Source: Octopus sinensis
Taxonomy: Eukaryota
NCBI RefSeq assembly: GCF_006345805.1
Contig: NC_043005.1
Coordinates: 37,200,001 to 37,264,000, forward strand
Direction: 5' to 3'
Length of the DNA stretch: 64,000 bases
How positions within the stretch are numbered: the stretch's first letter is position 1; every line of letters begins with the position of its first letter. Positions 51,681 through 64,000 of the stretch are shown here, piece by piece. A program made the translations under genes and the position numbers. The notes beneath the pieces were generated by a model. The model had not been told where the DNA came from. It saw nothing but the letters and a program-made list of their open reading frames with translations, and ran no database searches.

Positions 51681-52394
51681 CACCATGATACATTCTTTGG
51701 AATAGATAACTCGTACTTTGGTATTTACACGTGTGTGTATCTGATTCAGAGATGAAAATTTATTCAAACATATATTCGTATGAGCATTTATTTATGTCAT
51801 AAATATCTATATATATCTCAACACTTAGATATTTGTATGTGATCTCAAGATATTAATACGTAACCTACAAAATGTATTTAGTTTGAGAGAGAGAGCGAGA
51901 GATTATTATATGCATGTAGCAATATATTTATACTTTTACTCTGAGTATATTCACATCTTTCCTCTGTCTCTCCTTATCTGCATGACATCTCAAATGTTCA
52001 TCTCTTCTATCTAACACTATTTAGTACATCTGGCATTTCTTTTCCTTTTTCACTTTAATTTATATACATTTACATAATGTCATCACATTCTACACAAATT
52101 CTGCAATAACCTTTGAACATTGTAAGATTTTTTTCCAGTATTTAATTTCCAAAATGTATTCATTTTATCTGTTTTCTAAATATCTTTTTAACACATAGAT
52201 GTGACATTAAAAATAGAAGTAACTTCGATGTAAATAATTATTTTCACTTTTACATCTCTCTCTCTCTCTCTCTGTCCTCCTCCTCCTCTCTCTGTCTTTC
52301 AGAAATTTTTGTTTTAAATATTTAAATATTTATTTCATTCAGTTTTAAAAACCGTTTCTTTTGTCTATTCATGTGTTTGACATACAACACCGAC

Positions 52395-52512
52395 ATTTTT
52401 GATCTTGGAACTGTTTCTCATAGAATGTTAATGTTTCCATTGTGTGCTGCCTTAGCATAGTTGAAATGGATCAAATGCTGGATGCTCCGTGAATTCCAAG
52501 AATTATCAGATT
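52395..52512 (+). pseudogene. possible CR1-like RT fragment
   Basis: TVSHRML...LKWIKCWMLREFQ resembles V.H..LL.KL...L.WI..FL..R.Q. Confidence 0.3.
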
Positions 52513-52611
52513 TTGATTTTTCAGAATAAGGATTAGATAAATTCTTTGGAATAAAAAGGGTACAGCTTTTAGCAGGAGGATCAATGACTCTAAGAGATAG
52601 GTTTAAATAGG

Positions 52612-53037
52612 GAGGTGGCAATCTCTAACTGTGGAGGGAACCTGTGGAAAAGGTAGACCCAGGAAGACATGGAATGAGGTGGTGAAGCATGATCTTTGAA
52701 TGATGGGCCCCACGGAGATGATTCAAGTGACTGAGACCATGGCAAAATGCTGTGCTTGAGAAGATTTGTCAAGCCAAGTGAAGCCATAGTCATGGCATCC
52801 ACGAAATTATAGTCATGACCATTATTGGTGTCATGTAAATGGCATCCATGTCGGTGGCACATAAAAACACCCATTACACTCTTGGAGTGGTTGGCGTTAG
52901 GAAGGACATCCAGCTGTAGAAACCATGCCAAATCAGACTGGAACCTGGTGCAGCTCTCTGGCTTACCAGTTTCAGTGAAACCGTCTAACCCATGCCAGCA
53001 TGGAAAGTGGACATCAAATGATGATGGTGATGATGAT
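52612..53037 (+). mobile_element. RTE-type LINE 3' end
   Basis: GRPRKTWNEVVKHDL; gtcggtggcacataaaaacaccc; ggacatcaaatgatgat tail. Confidence 0.88.
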
Positions 53038-53483
53038 TACAAGCATGGAACACTCCCATCATGTCCACTTGGAGTCTTCTATATGTTAATAGTCTTCTAT
53101 TTCAATGATATTGTGATTAGCCTCTTTTGTTGTAACACATGATTTGTTGGTGTCTATCTGTCTATTTATCGGTCTGTCTACATGCAGACAAAGGAGAGAG
53201 AGAAAGAAAGATTATAGGAGCCAAAACAAAATGTAGCCAGAAGATCCAGCAATTTGTTGGACCTGGTGAATAAATATTTTTTGAATACATTCTAAAAAAA
53301 TTAAAACACCCACAATCATTAATCTTATATTATGAAGAGAAACTGATCACTGTCTGCTCATCACAACATCTGTTAGAGGCAGGAAAGAAGGGGAACTCCT
53401 GTCAAAACGTATATTTAGAAGAGGAGGAGAAAAGTTGCTGTTGAGAGAGAAATACAGTAAGAGGAGAGAGAAATACAGAAAGA

Positions 53484-53485
<2 letters not shown>

Positions 53486-53547
<62 letters not shown>

Positions 53548-53615
53548 AGAGAGAGAGAGAGAGGAGAGAGAGAGGGAGAGAGAGAGAGAGAGAGTGTGTG
53601 TGTGTGTGTGTGTGC
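53486..53615. repeat. (TA)n-(GA)n-(GT)n compound microsatellite
   Basis: direct reading. Confidence 0.95.
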
Positions 53616-54321
53616 GATAGATAGATAGTTAGTATTTTCACCATAGTAGCTAACAAGTTTTGATTAAAAATGCAGGAATTGTAAGTGCAGCTCTCAACAC
53701 AACACAAACTTCAGAAATCTGACTATATGTATTTTTATGATGCATATGGCAATCTTTTTGGCTGTTTGTGTGTGTGTGTATTTCTCTGTGTGTTTCTATG
53801 TCTTTCAACATATAAACAACACAACACAGTCTTTCAATAAAAGACCTTCACAGTGAGAGAGAGTGTGTGCAAAAGATAGAATTAAAATTTGTTTCAAAAA
53901 TGGAAAAAAGAGTCAGGTTGCTGTTGAGTATACTAGTATGACCACTGTTATAGGCTTCTGCTGAATGATCTATTTCATCTTGGCTAGGTCATTACTTGGC
54001 AGCATAGTAATGGGTAAGGACTAGTCCGAGGTGAAAGTCAGGTCTCTAAGGATTCCAGGAAAGATTATTGTTGAATGAAAAGACATAACTGGTCTGATGA
54101 AGATTTTTTTGTATTTTGCTGTGGAAATGTATAACCTTTATATTTTAGTTGTTATAATAGCAGATCCAAAATAAGATGATATACATGATAGTATCATTAA
54201 TAGGAATGTGTTAATGTTTGTCGAATTTATGAGAAGGACATTAGTTAGCTTTTAAGAAAGTGGAGGTTGTGCCTAGCTTTAAAAAGATGGAGGTTGTGTC
54301 TAACTTGTGTCTAACTTAATG

Positions 54322-54592
54322 AAAGTGGATGTTTATGGAAACTAAAAGAAGCCCATTGCACATATGTGTGCATGTATGTGTGTGTGTTTGTGTCTTTGTT
54401 TGTCTCCCCACCACTGCTTCACAACCAGTAGTGGTGTGCTTACATCCCCATAATTTAGCAGTTCAGCAACAGAGACTAATAGGCTTAAAAGAAGAAAAAG
54501 TATTGGGGTTGATTCATTTGGCAAAAAATTCTTCAAGGCAGTATCCCAGCATGGCCACAGTCTAATGACTAAAAAAAAAATAATAAAAGATA
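54322..54592 (+). mobile_element. SINE family A, 3' part
   Basis: ggaaactaaaagaagccc...cagcatggccacagtctaatgact. Confidence 0.8.
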
Positions 54593-54594
54593 GC

Positions 54595-55010
54595 CTTTAC
54601 TCTCTTTTACTCTTTTACTTGTTTCAGTCATTTGACTGCGGCCATGCTGGAGCACCGCCTTTAGTCGAGCAAATCGACCCCAGGACTTATTCTTTGTAAG
54701 CCCAGTACTTATTCTATCAGTCTCTTTTGCCGAACTGCTAAGTGACGGGGACGTAAACACACCAGCATCGGTTGTCAAGCAATGCTAGAGGGACAAACAC
54801 AGACACACAAACATATACATACACATACATACATACATATATATATATACGACAGGCTTCTTTCAGTTTCCGTCTACCAAATTCACTCACAAGGCATTGG
54901 TCAGCCCAAGGCTATAGCAGAAGACACTTGCCCAAGATGCCACGCAGTGGGACTGAACCCAGAACTATGTGGTTGGTAGGCAAGCTACTTACCACACAGC
55001 CACTCCCTGT
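54595..55010 (-). mobile_element. SINE family A, full length, young
   Basis: closely matches 2458-2881; CpGs retained. Confidence 0.92.
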
Positions 55011-56241
55011 ACATTAGCATCTGAAGTCTTAGGACTCATAAGATTGGTTGCTTGATTTCCTTGGTGTCTAAGTGACCAAGATCAAAACATCACTCCTGAA
55101 TGGGATGCAAGGTCATTCATTTACAGTTGAGTGAACCGGAGCTGAATCAAAAGAAATGTTTTGCTCAAGAATATAACTCATTACCATGTCTGGGAATCAA
55201 AACCAAGATCTTGCAATTGTGAGTGCAATGTCTTAACCATTAGGCTACATGCTTTCACTTGCATCAAAATACTAATATTAAAAAAAAAATGGTGGCAGTG
55301 ATGAGGAAGATGATTGTTACACCTAATTTATTGTCCAATTTACATTAAGTGTCATATCTGCAAACACGTGAAAATCTAATCAGTAATTCAATACCCTATT
55401 CTGCAACCACCAACACTACAAAATTTGCTATTGTTGGAAAATTCACTATTGTATTTACTGCTGCCATTTTAATGAAATCCACCACCACTATCTCTTATGA
55501 AATAGCATTACTGTTTCTTTTCACCATCACCACAAATTTCTGTTGCTATCACAATTTCCACAATTACTTGATAATTATAGTTGTTCAGATGACAAATAGT
55601 AAAACAGAAAGTAAAATGTTGGCCAGGAAGTTGAGAAGTACTTAAAGCCAGTTTTGCAACTGCATATTGTAAATTTATTGCAAATTGATATCTCACTGAC
55701 ATTTCAAAATGAATCAAGCGGAAATGGTTTCATGTAATATCCTTGAATTTTCAGTGTTTAATCACAAAAGGTAGAGGAGATGCAGAAATAAATATTTACA
55801 CAATCTTGCACATTTGTTACGCATATTCAGACATATTCACAAACACCTGCTCATGCACACGCACACATACACATATGGCTGTTTACACACTTGTGTTCAC
55901 CTCTCAGCATACTCACACACGCATAGTGATAAACGTATGCATATTTCTACTTTGTGCTGTGTGGATGTATACATGTTTGTGTTTAACATTCTGCACAAAA
56001 TCAACTTCTATGAATACATAATTGTATGCTGAGTTGATGAAAAATAATTTAGAAAATTAACTCTTTTAAAGCTATAAGAGTGATATGCCAGTTTGAATGC
56101 ATGCACACACATTTATATATATATGAGCATGCACACATTCATATACATATGCACACATATATATTGATACATACACACACACACATATATGTGTATATAC
56201 AGGCATATATGTATATAAATATATATATATATGTACATATA

Positions 56242-56290
<49 letters not shown>

Positions 56291-56904
56291 ATATATATAT
56301 ATATACATATATATATACATAGATAGATAGATTTAGATATGTATATATGTATATGCACACAGCCTTTTGTATACATTCTCTAAAGATATTCCAAAATGCT
56401 GAAGGATGCCAGTGTTTAGATGTATGCATATATAATTATCTATGAAGACACAATTACATGCAAATATATTTTTCTCCAGTTTTACAGTAAGAAACAACTG
56501 TATATAATAAAATAATTCTAATTCAATATACAAATTTATTCATGAAAACGATGCAGTTACAATGGAAATCAATTGTTTCAGGGCATTTTTATTTTTTTAT
56601 AGACATTATTGTCTGTTTAACATCCTTAATATTTAACATGTTCTCTAAACATCTACAAAGCAGCCCTTAGCAACAAAGGAGATACTAGGGGCCATGGAGA
56701 AATGTTTGGTATTATCAAATAAAGATCATCTGTTGCTATGAGTTGCAAACTGTAAATATTCCCCCAATATATTATGTATATTTTTGCCAGTAATTACTTA
56801 TGCTTCAGAAAACCTTTACTCTCTTTTATGTTTAACTCCAAGAATTTTTATATATATATATATATATATAATAAACCTTTACATAAATAAATAACGTGAA
56901 ATAC

Positions 56905-57075
56905 ACGATAGGTACACGTATTTGGGGAAAGAAGGTTTCTTCCCAGCTACATGGTTTTGGGTTCAGTTCCATTGTGTGGCATCTCTGGCAAGTGTCTTTT
57001 ACTATAGCCTCAAGCCAACTAAATCTTTGTGAATTTGGTAGATGGAAACTGAAAGAAGCCTGGTGTTTATATGTA
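56905..57075 (+). mobile_element. SINE family A, 5' half
   Basis: ggttcagttcc...ggcaagtgtctttt...ggtagatggaaactgaaagaagcc. Confidence 0.75.
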
Positions 57076-57574
57076 TATACACACATAATATATATTTATA
57101 GAGTGTCCCCCCAAAAATGTATACACACTTTAGCAGCTCAATGTTTTTTCTCTCCAAATGAAATTCATTGGAATTAATGATGGCAATCAGACTTAGCTTT
57201 GAGCAAAGGAAATTCATTCTAAAATGCTACAGAAAGTGTGGAAACACAGTTGAAGTGCAAAGACAGTTTAGGAGTAGTGACATACTCAGATTGTTGAAAA
57301 AATCTATAATAGGACCCTTGGAAGTGTAAGTCTTAGGAACTTCTAAGCTGAAGTGAAAACAGCTTGGACTTTGCCTGCTTACCCTCTTAGAAGATTTAAG
57401 TAAAATTATACATATATGCATATATATATACATATAAATATACACATATATGTATATATGCATGCATATATGTATGTATATATGTACATGTATACATATG
57501 AGTATAAAAACATCCCTCATAAAGGGACGTTTTCATCCAAGTAAATACTGATTCAATACCTGAGCTGTATCTAC

Positions 57575-57684
57575 TTATCACCTGATGAGGCACACCTGCA
57601 TCGCCGGATGCTCCTGAACCAGTTGTTAAGTGTCCAATGCATGAGGGATCAATGCTAGATGTATCGAAACAGTTGTTGGGATAA
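57575..57684 (+). ncRNA. type I hammerhead ribozyme motif with extended stem II, partly decayed
   Basis: ttatcac-CTGATGA-[77 nt, g...c closing pair]-GAAA-cagttg-TT-gggataa; 6 of 7 stem I pairs. Confidence 0.6.
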
Positions 57685-58003
57685 ATAATGATTCTTGGAT
57701 AGTCCATTTTCCACCTTTCATTCACCATTTGTAAATATATACATATATATATATCTGCATGTGTATACATATATGTTTGTGTTTGTCCTCACATCATGGA
57801 CTGACAGCTGGTGTTGGTTTCTTCATGTCCCTGTAATTTAGAAATTGAGCAAAAAGTGATCAATAAAATAAATAGCAGACTTTAATAAAAAAAAATGTCC
57901 TGCTATCACTTTGTTCAACTACAGTTTTGCAAGGTAGTGCTCCAGCACAACCAGTCCATTGACTGAAACAAGTAAATGGTTTTTGTGTGCGTGCATGCAT
58001 GTG

Positions 58004-58061
<58 letters not shown>

Positions 58062-59307
58062 CATACCCTTGTCTTTGCATTGCACAGTAGTCGGAAAACT
58101 AATGCCACTGTATCCAATACTGTCTTCCATTTCCTGTCTTCCACGAAAATCATGTCTGGTCATCAAGGTTAAGTATAAGCTTGGAAGCAAGTGGTGGCTG
58201 GTGACAGGAAGGACATACAGCTATAGAAAATCTGCTTCCATGAATTATGGATGACACATGCTGACATGGAAAATGGATTTTAAAATGATGATGATGAAGC
58301 AAAATATCAGAAAATCAGTAGATTGCAAACCATTTCCAAAGATTCTTTGCTCAAAGAGATTTCCAAGCACTTAAATGTATTTACTTACATATGTGCACAT
58401 ACATGCATAAGCACACCCACACATATAGCATAATTGTTTTCTATACTTTTCAATTTATGAATTGTTAGAGAAATGTGAGATTCTTTGATTACATATATTC
58501 CTGGAATAAATAGTCCTCCCCCTCCTCCTCCTCATTATTATTATCATCATTATAATCATCAATTTTAGCATCCACTCTTCTATGCTGGCATTGGCTGATG
58601 TATATAATTAATATTAATATGCAAATAATTAATTAATTAGGCAGGATTTTGCCAATATATCAAATTAGGATCTGTTAATCAAAAGAATTAGGACAAAGAA
58701 AACGATGAGAGAGAGAGAGAGAGAGTGAGTGTGTGTGTGTGTGTAGGAGGGAAGAAAGCAAGAGGAAGAGAGAGAGGGAGACACAAAGAGTGACAAGTAA
58801 TAATGCTGTCAATATCTAATTAAACCACACATAGATAATTTTATTAAAGTGACATTTGCTGAATGGTTGCCATCATAAAAAGTAACACAAATGAGTTGTG
58901 TATAAGTTGCAAGTTCAAATCCAGCTTCAGAGTTTACTCATATGTATATATATAAACTGTGACAGTGCCACTGCTACACATATAAATTTCTTTGGCCGGA
59001 TCCAAATAAGGCAGACACATACATACATATATGTATGCATATGTATGTCTAGGTATGCATGCAAGCAGAGTACTGTAGAATTGTGTTGGAAGTCATAGCA
59101 CCATACTGAGGGTTATCATAGTTGTGAATACTGAGGGAGTGGAGCGATTGTATTATGCTATCAAACAGATCACCTTGTCAAATAACGACAGCTGATTTAC
59201 TGAAATCTGTGTATGTCTCTGCTATAGTTTGTATGACTGAACACCCTTCCTAATGCAAACCACTTTATTACAGAGTGTGCAGGTGGTTTTTGTGTGACAC
59301 TTAACAC

Positions 59308-59745
59308 CTTAGCAACTGGACCACATACTTTTGTCCACGTATTGTATTGTTTGCATATCAAAAAAAAAAGTAAATCAACTTAGGCATTTACTGACAAAAT
59401 GTTTTAAGCACAGAGTTAACTATATGTTATAGAATTGTCAGAAAATGGAAATATATAACATTAGTAGAAGTTCATATCGGTGATGTTTGAAATTATCTTA
59501 AAACAAAGGCACAGTTCAAATATAGAAAATTGTTGGGAAACATCTTTCTTTCTGTTTTTGATTTTCTCCCAAGTTTATTTTTTTTTACCTTTGTAAATAA
59601 CTGTTTGTGGTGCCACAAAGGTTGATGTAAAAGGAAAAAGATTAAAATATAAACACAGGACATAAATGAAATAAATGATGGAAATAATAATAATATGGTT
59701 GTTGTTGATGATGATAAAGAAATGTTACAGTTAATTTGTTTGTAT
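59308..59745 (+). repeat. left arm of an old inverted duplication (partner 63050-63480)
   Basis: blocks such as ttttaagcacagagttaact, gtttgaaattatcttaaaacaaag and tttgtggtgccacaaaggttgatgtaaaa appear reverse-complemented at 63050-63480. Confidence 0.9.
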
Positions 59746-59828
59746 ATGTGTGTGTATGTGTGTGTGCATGTATATATATATATATACACACACACATATA
59801 CAAACAAATTAAGTGTGTATATGTGTGT

Positions 59829-59866
<38 letters not shown>

Positions 59867-60271
59867 ACATGCACCACTCACATATACATACACATATGTA
59901 TATACACATTGTGTGGTTTAATACATTTGTAGTGTAAAAAAGTCTTCATCATTCCTGTGGTAAAATCACATCACTTCATCTGCCAAAGCAATCAAGCATG
60001 CATAGAGACTCATCTGAGCAGAAAAAGGAAAAAAGAAAATAACAAGGAATGTTATGCTAAACACATAACATTAGAATGATGTCATGAAAAACTGGTTGAT
60101 GGAAGTTGTTTTGGTTTTGGTAATTGTGGAATGAATTCTGTGATAGTGGTTGGTGACTTTTATGAAAGAACATACCAACACCATGACATAGCCATAGTAC
60201 CGTGACATAGGAATCCTTGGTTGTGTTATTTAGTATCCATTTCACAACTCTGTGTGTGTGAGTGTCTCTTA

Positions 60272-60304
<33 letters not shown>

Positions 60305-60737
60305 CACAGACACACACACTCATAGAGAGAGAGAGACAGAGGAGAAAGAGAGAGAGAGAGAGAGTGTACTGCTCCATTGTTGGTAGGTTCAAGGAAATAA
60401 ATACTTCATCTAGCAAAAGATAAGTATTACGAATAAATACAGGATTTAATTTTGATTATTATTATTTTATATAGACACACACACATACATATATATGTGC
60501 GCGTGTGTATGTGTGTGTTAGTGTGTGTGAGTTTGAGCAATTCCAGAATAGTACATGACATATTAGATAAGCCTGTCCAATTACTGTACTGAGTATGAAA
60601 CTTATAATACTCACACATAAATATATATTGTGCTTACTAAATGATTATATATATATATATCACCATAATTATTTAACATCTCTACTTGTACCGTTGACAT
60701 GTAAAATGGACCCATAGCAGCAACAAGTGAAAGACAG

Positions 60738-60903
60738 CCAGTACACTCTGTAAAGTATTTGGCATTAGGAAGGGCATCCAGCCATAGAAATTAAACTAAA
60801 ATAGATGACTGGAGCCTGGGTGCAGCTCTCTAGCTTACCAGCTTCAGTCAAACCATCTAACCCATGCCAGCATGGAAAATAGATGTGACACAATGATGAT
60901 GAT
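60738..60903 (+). mobile_element. RTE-type 3' tail
   Basis: ccagtacactctgtaaag...ggcattaggaagggcatccagcc...aacccatgccagcatggaaa. Confidence 0.8.
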
Positions 60904-60907
60904 ATGT

Positions 60908-61130
60908 ATTGCACATTGCTTGAGTCCACTCAGCTGGCAAATATAAGTAGTACCTGTATTTCAAAGGGCCAGCCTTGTCACACTCTGTATCATGCTGAAT
61001 TCTCCTGAGAACTACATTAAGGGTACATGTGTCTGTAGAGTCTCAGCCACTTGCACGTTAATTTCACAAGCAAGCTGTTCCATTGATCATATCAGCTAGG
61101 GTCCTCATTGTCATAACCAACAGAGTGCTC
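60908..61130 (+). mobile_element. SINE body/tail related to family D
   Basis: cattgcttgagtccactcagctggcaaa matches 45933-45960; distinct 3' body follows. Confidence 0.55.
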
Positions 61131-61158
61131 TTTATATATATATATATATATATATATA

Positions 61159-61582
61159 TCACCATCATCATCGTTTAACGTCCGTTTTCCATGCTAGCAT
61201 GGGTTGGACGGTTTGACTGGGGTCTGAGAAGCCAGGAGGCTGCACCAGGCTCCAGTCTGATCTGGTAGTGTTTCTACAGCTGGATGCCCTTCCTAACGCC
61301 AACCACTCCGTGAGTGTAGTGGGTGCTTTTTACATGCCAGGGGAGGCTGGCAACGGCCACTATCAGTTAGTGGTTTTTATGTGCCACCGACATGGAAGCC
61401 AGTCAAGGTGGCGCTGGCATTGGCCACATATGGATGGTGCTTTTTATGTGCCACCAGCACAGGTGCCAGGGTAGGCTGGCAATGGCCACAATCAGTTGGT
61501 GCTCATTACATGCCACCGGCACGGAAGCCAGTCAAGGCGGCACTGGCATCGGCCATGTACGGATGGTACTTTTTAGGTGCCA
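61159..61582 (-). mobile_element. RTE-type 3' UTR with the 62-67 bp repeat array
   Basis: reverse complement of sequence like 24490-24940; ggtgctttttatgtgccaccagcac units. Confidence 0.9.
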
Positions 61583-61857
61583 AAATATGCATATTAATGA
61601 CAGATGGAAGATACAAGAATTTTTATTGGTCATATGTTTTGACATATCTACACTGAGGGATGCACCTAAACCAGTTGCACAGTATCCCACCTATGAGTGA
61701 TCTATGCTAGATGGGTTGAAATGATTGTAGTGATCAATTAAGTTTCTCATATCTCCCATCTTCTGTCTCTCATTAATTACACACCCAATGAACACTAAGC
61801 CAGTGAATGTGTTTTATTGTCAAACTACCTGGTGTATACCATACGGTTTATCAAATA

Positions 61858-61990
61858 TAGGCATAACTGTATGTTAAGAAGCTTGTCCCTCTGTATAACA
61901 TCTTGGGCAAGTGTCTTCTACTATGGCCTTGGGCTGACCAAAGCCTTGTGAGTGGATTTGGTAGACAGAAACTGGAAAAAGCCCATATAA

Positions 61991-62026
<36 letters not shown>

Positions 62027-62578
62027 ATGTATGTGTCTTTGTATCTGTGTTTATCCCCTACTTGTCCAACTGGTGTTGGCATGTTTACTTCCCTGTAATT
62101 TAGCAGTTCAGTAAAAGAGACCAATAGAATAAGTTCTTTATTTACATTATTTACATTTGATGGATATTTGTTTTCATCTTGTTAGTTGTTAACACAATGT
62201 TTCGGCTGATACACCCTCCAGCCTTCATCAGGTGTCTTGGAGAAATTTAGAACCTGGGTTCTCATTCCTAAGATATTTTTCAATGTTATTATTAGGAATG
62301 AGAACCCAGATTTGAAATTTTGCCAAGAGACCTGATGAAGGCTGGAGGGTATATCAGCCGAAATGTGTTAACAACAAACAAGATGAGGACAAATATCTGT
62401 CAAATGTAAATAATGTACATTATTCCTCATCTCTTAAATATAGAACAAAATAAGTTCTAGGCTTAAAAAATAAGTCTTAGGGTTGATTTGTTTTTACTAA
62501 AACCCTTCAAGGCGATACTCCAGCATGGCCACAGTCGAATGACTGAAACAAGTAGAAGAAAAAAGATAAAAGAAAAAG
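61858..62578 (+). mobile_element. SINE family A interrupted by a fold-back element
   Basis: SINE breaks at gaccaatagaataa (62132) and resumes at aataagttctaggctt (62449). Confidence 0.85.
62133..62446. mobile_element. Penelope-like fold-back element with a hammerhead motif in each arm
   Basis: arms 62133-62271 and 62292-62446 are inverted; CTGATGA-a-ggctg..cagcc-GAAA on minus (62236-62191) and plus (62327-62369). Confidence 0.82.
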
Positions 62579-63049
62579 ATATATACATACTGACAAGAGT
62601 GGAAATAAACATATGAACATATCTCCATTCTTGTTATTTCTCTATATACTCTGTGTTCTGAAAATTGATGCACAACAACAATCAGATATTTCATGAAAAT
62701 TTTTCAAGTTTTTTTCTCCACGGATGCATCTTTCACACTCTGAACAAACACACAGCGTTCTAACATTAGTTTTATGTCATACCCTATATATATCGTGCTC
62801 TGTACAAGAATGTGTGTGTATGCTTGTATGATTTCACACATGTATATGTATTTGTGTATAGGAATAAGTGTATATTCATGTACATGTATCTAAATGTATA
62901 TAGATATGTGTAAATTTGTGAATATGTATGTCTAGTGATTTTGGTATACATACATGTATATGCACATTTATGTAAACAAATATATTCATAAACACTAAAC
63001 TAAGTAAACACACACACACACACACACACATATGTATATATACTCATAC

Positions 63050-63480
63050 ACGCAAACAAATTAACTGTATCTTTTCTAACATGTTTATTATCATCATCAA
63101 CAACAACACTGAAGATATTATTATTTCCATCATTTATTCATGTCGTTTATCTATATTTTCATCATTCTCTTTTTACATCAACCTTTGTGGCACCACAAAT
63201 AGTTGTTTACAAAGGTAAAAAATAAACTTGGACGGAAAAATTAAAAAAACAAAATAAAACATTTCTCCAATAATTTTCTATATTTGAACTGACTTTGTTT
63301 TAAGATAATTTCAAACACCAATATGAACTTCTACCTGTTTTATATATTTCCATTTTTATCCAACATTCTATACTGTAAAGTTAACTCTGTGCTTAAAAGT
63401 TTTGTGAGTAAATGCCTAATTTTTATTATAATACGCAAACACTCCAATATGAGGATGAAAGTATGTGGTCTGGTTGTTAA
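63050..63480 (-). repeat. right arm of the inverted duplication (partner 59308-59745)
   Basis: see left arm. Confidence 0.9.
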
Positions 63481-64000
63481 AAAGTTAGGTTTCTAATCAT
63501 AAGGATGTGGGTTTGATTCCTGGACTAGTGTGCATGTTGTGTCTTTGAAGAAGGCTCTTGGTTTAAGGTTGATCCAGTCCACTCTGTTAGACTGTGTATG
63601 GGTATGTATACGGCTGCTAGTGCTGCTCTCTCTCCTTCCAGCTATCACATCTTTGGTGTTCTACTTAATGCTAAAACGGTATCTATGTCTTCTTGCATCA
63701 ACATATCCTAATACATTTCACAAATTCACAGTATGTACTACCAGATAGTACTCATTTGCTAGTGACAACTATGTGGTTTTTATATTTTCTTTTGTTTTTG
63801 AATATGTAAATGTTTAAATGTTTAACCAAAGCAGTGACATGATATTAGCTTATCATCAGTCACTGATTCTGCGAGTTTCATTAGAGACTACACTAGTCAT
63901 ATAATTTCTCTAATCACTGTGTAATAAATTGCAATAAAGTCCTCCATAACAATGCTTTGCAGATAAAATCATGCTGAGAACATAACTGCATTTATTCAGT

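Noticed and set aside
63830-63870. CTGATGA on minus within a small hairpin
   Set aside because: No correctly placed GAAA or cleavage triplet.

Overview
AT-rich, microsatellite-saturated eukaryotic DNA. Its SINE and LINE-tail families look like those of coleoid cephalopods, most likely Octopus; this is recalled resemblance, not a database result. The window looks intronic or intergenic. No intact gene is visible, and almost all supplied ORFs are translations of (TA)n/(CA)n/(ATT)n repeats. It contains at least three tRNA-derived SINE families, many RTE-type LINE 3' ends (one 1.4 kb copy has a PHD finger inside its RT), and R4/Dong, CR1, BovB-like and possibly CRE remnants. It also holds Helitron, hAT-Buster, mariner and piggyBac-type fossils. 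The most interesting signals are RNA-structural. (1) Several Penelope-type hammerhead ribozyme motifs occur: two have unusually long stem II arms and two elements are fold-backs with a hammerhead on each strand. (2) A 25-nt module foldable as an H-type pseudoknot is tandemly amplified in RTE 3' UTRs. (3) There are several long inverted repeats, including an old ~430 bp inverted duplication across ~3.3 kb. Weak candidate exons, one Frizzled-CRD-like, are flagged at low confidence. All alignments, translations and folds were done by eye, and boundaries of decayed repeats are approximate.
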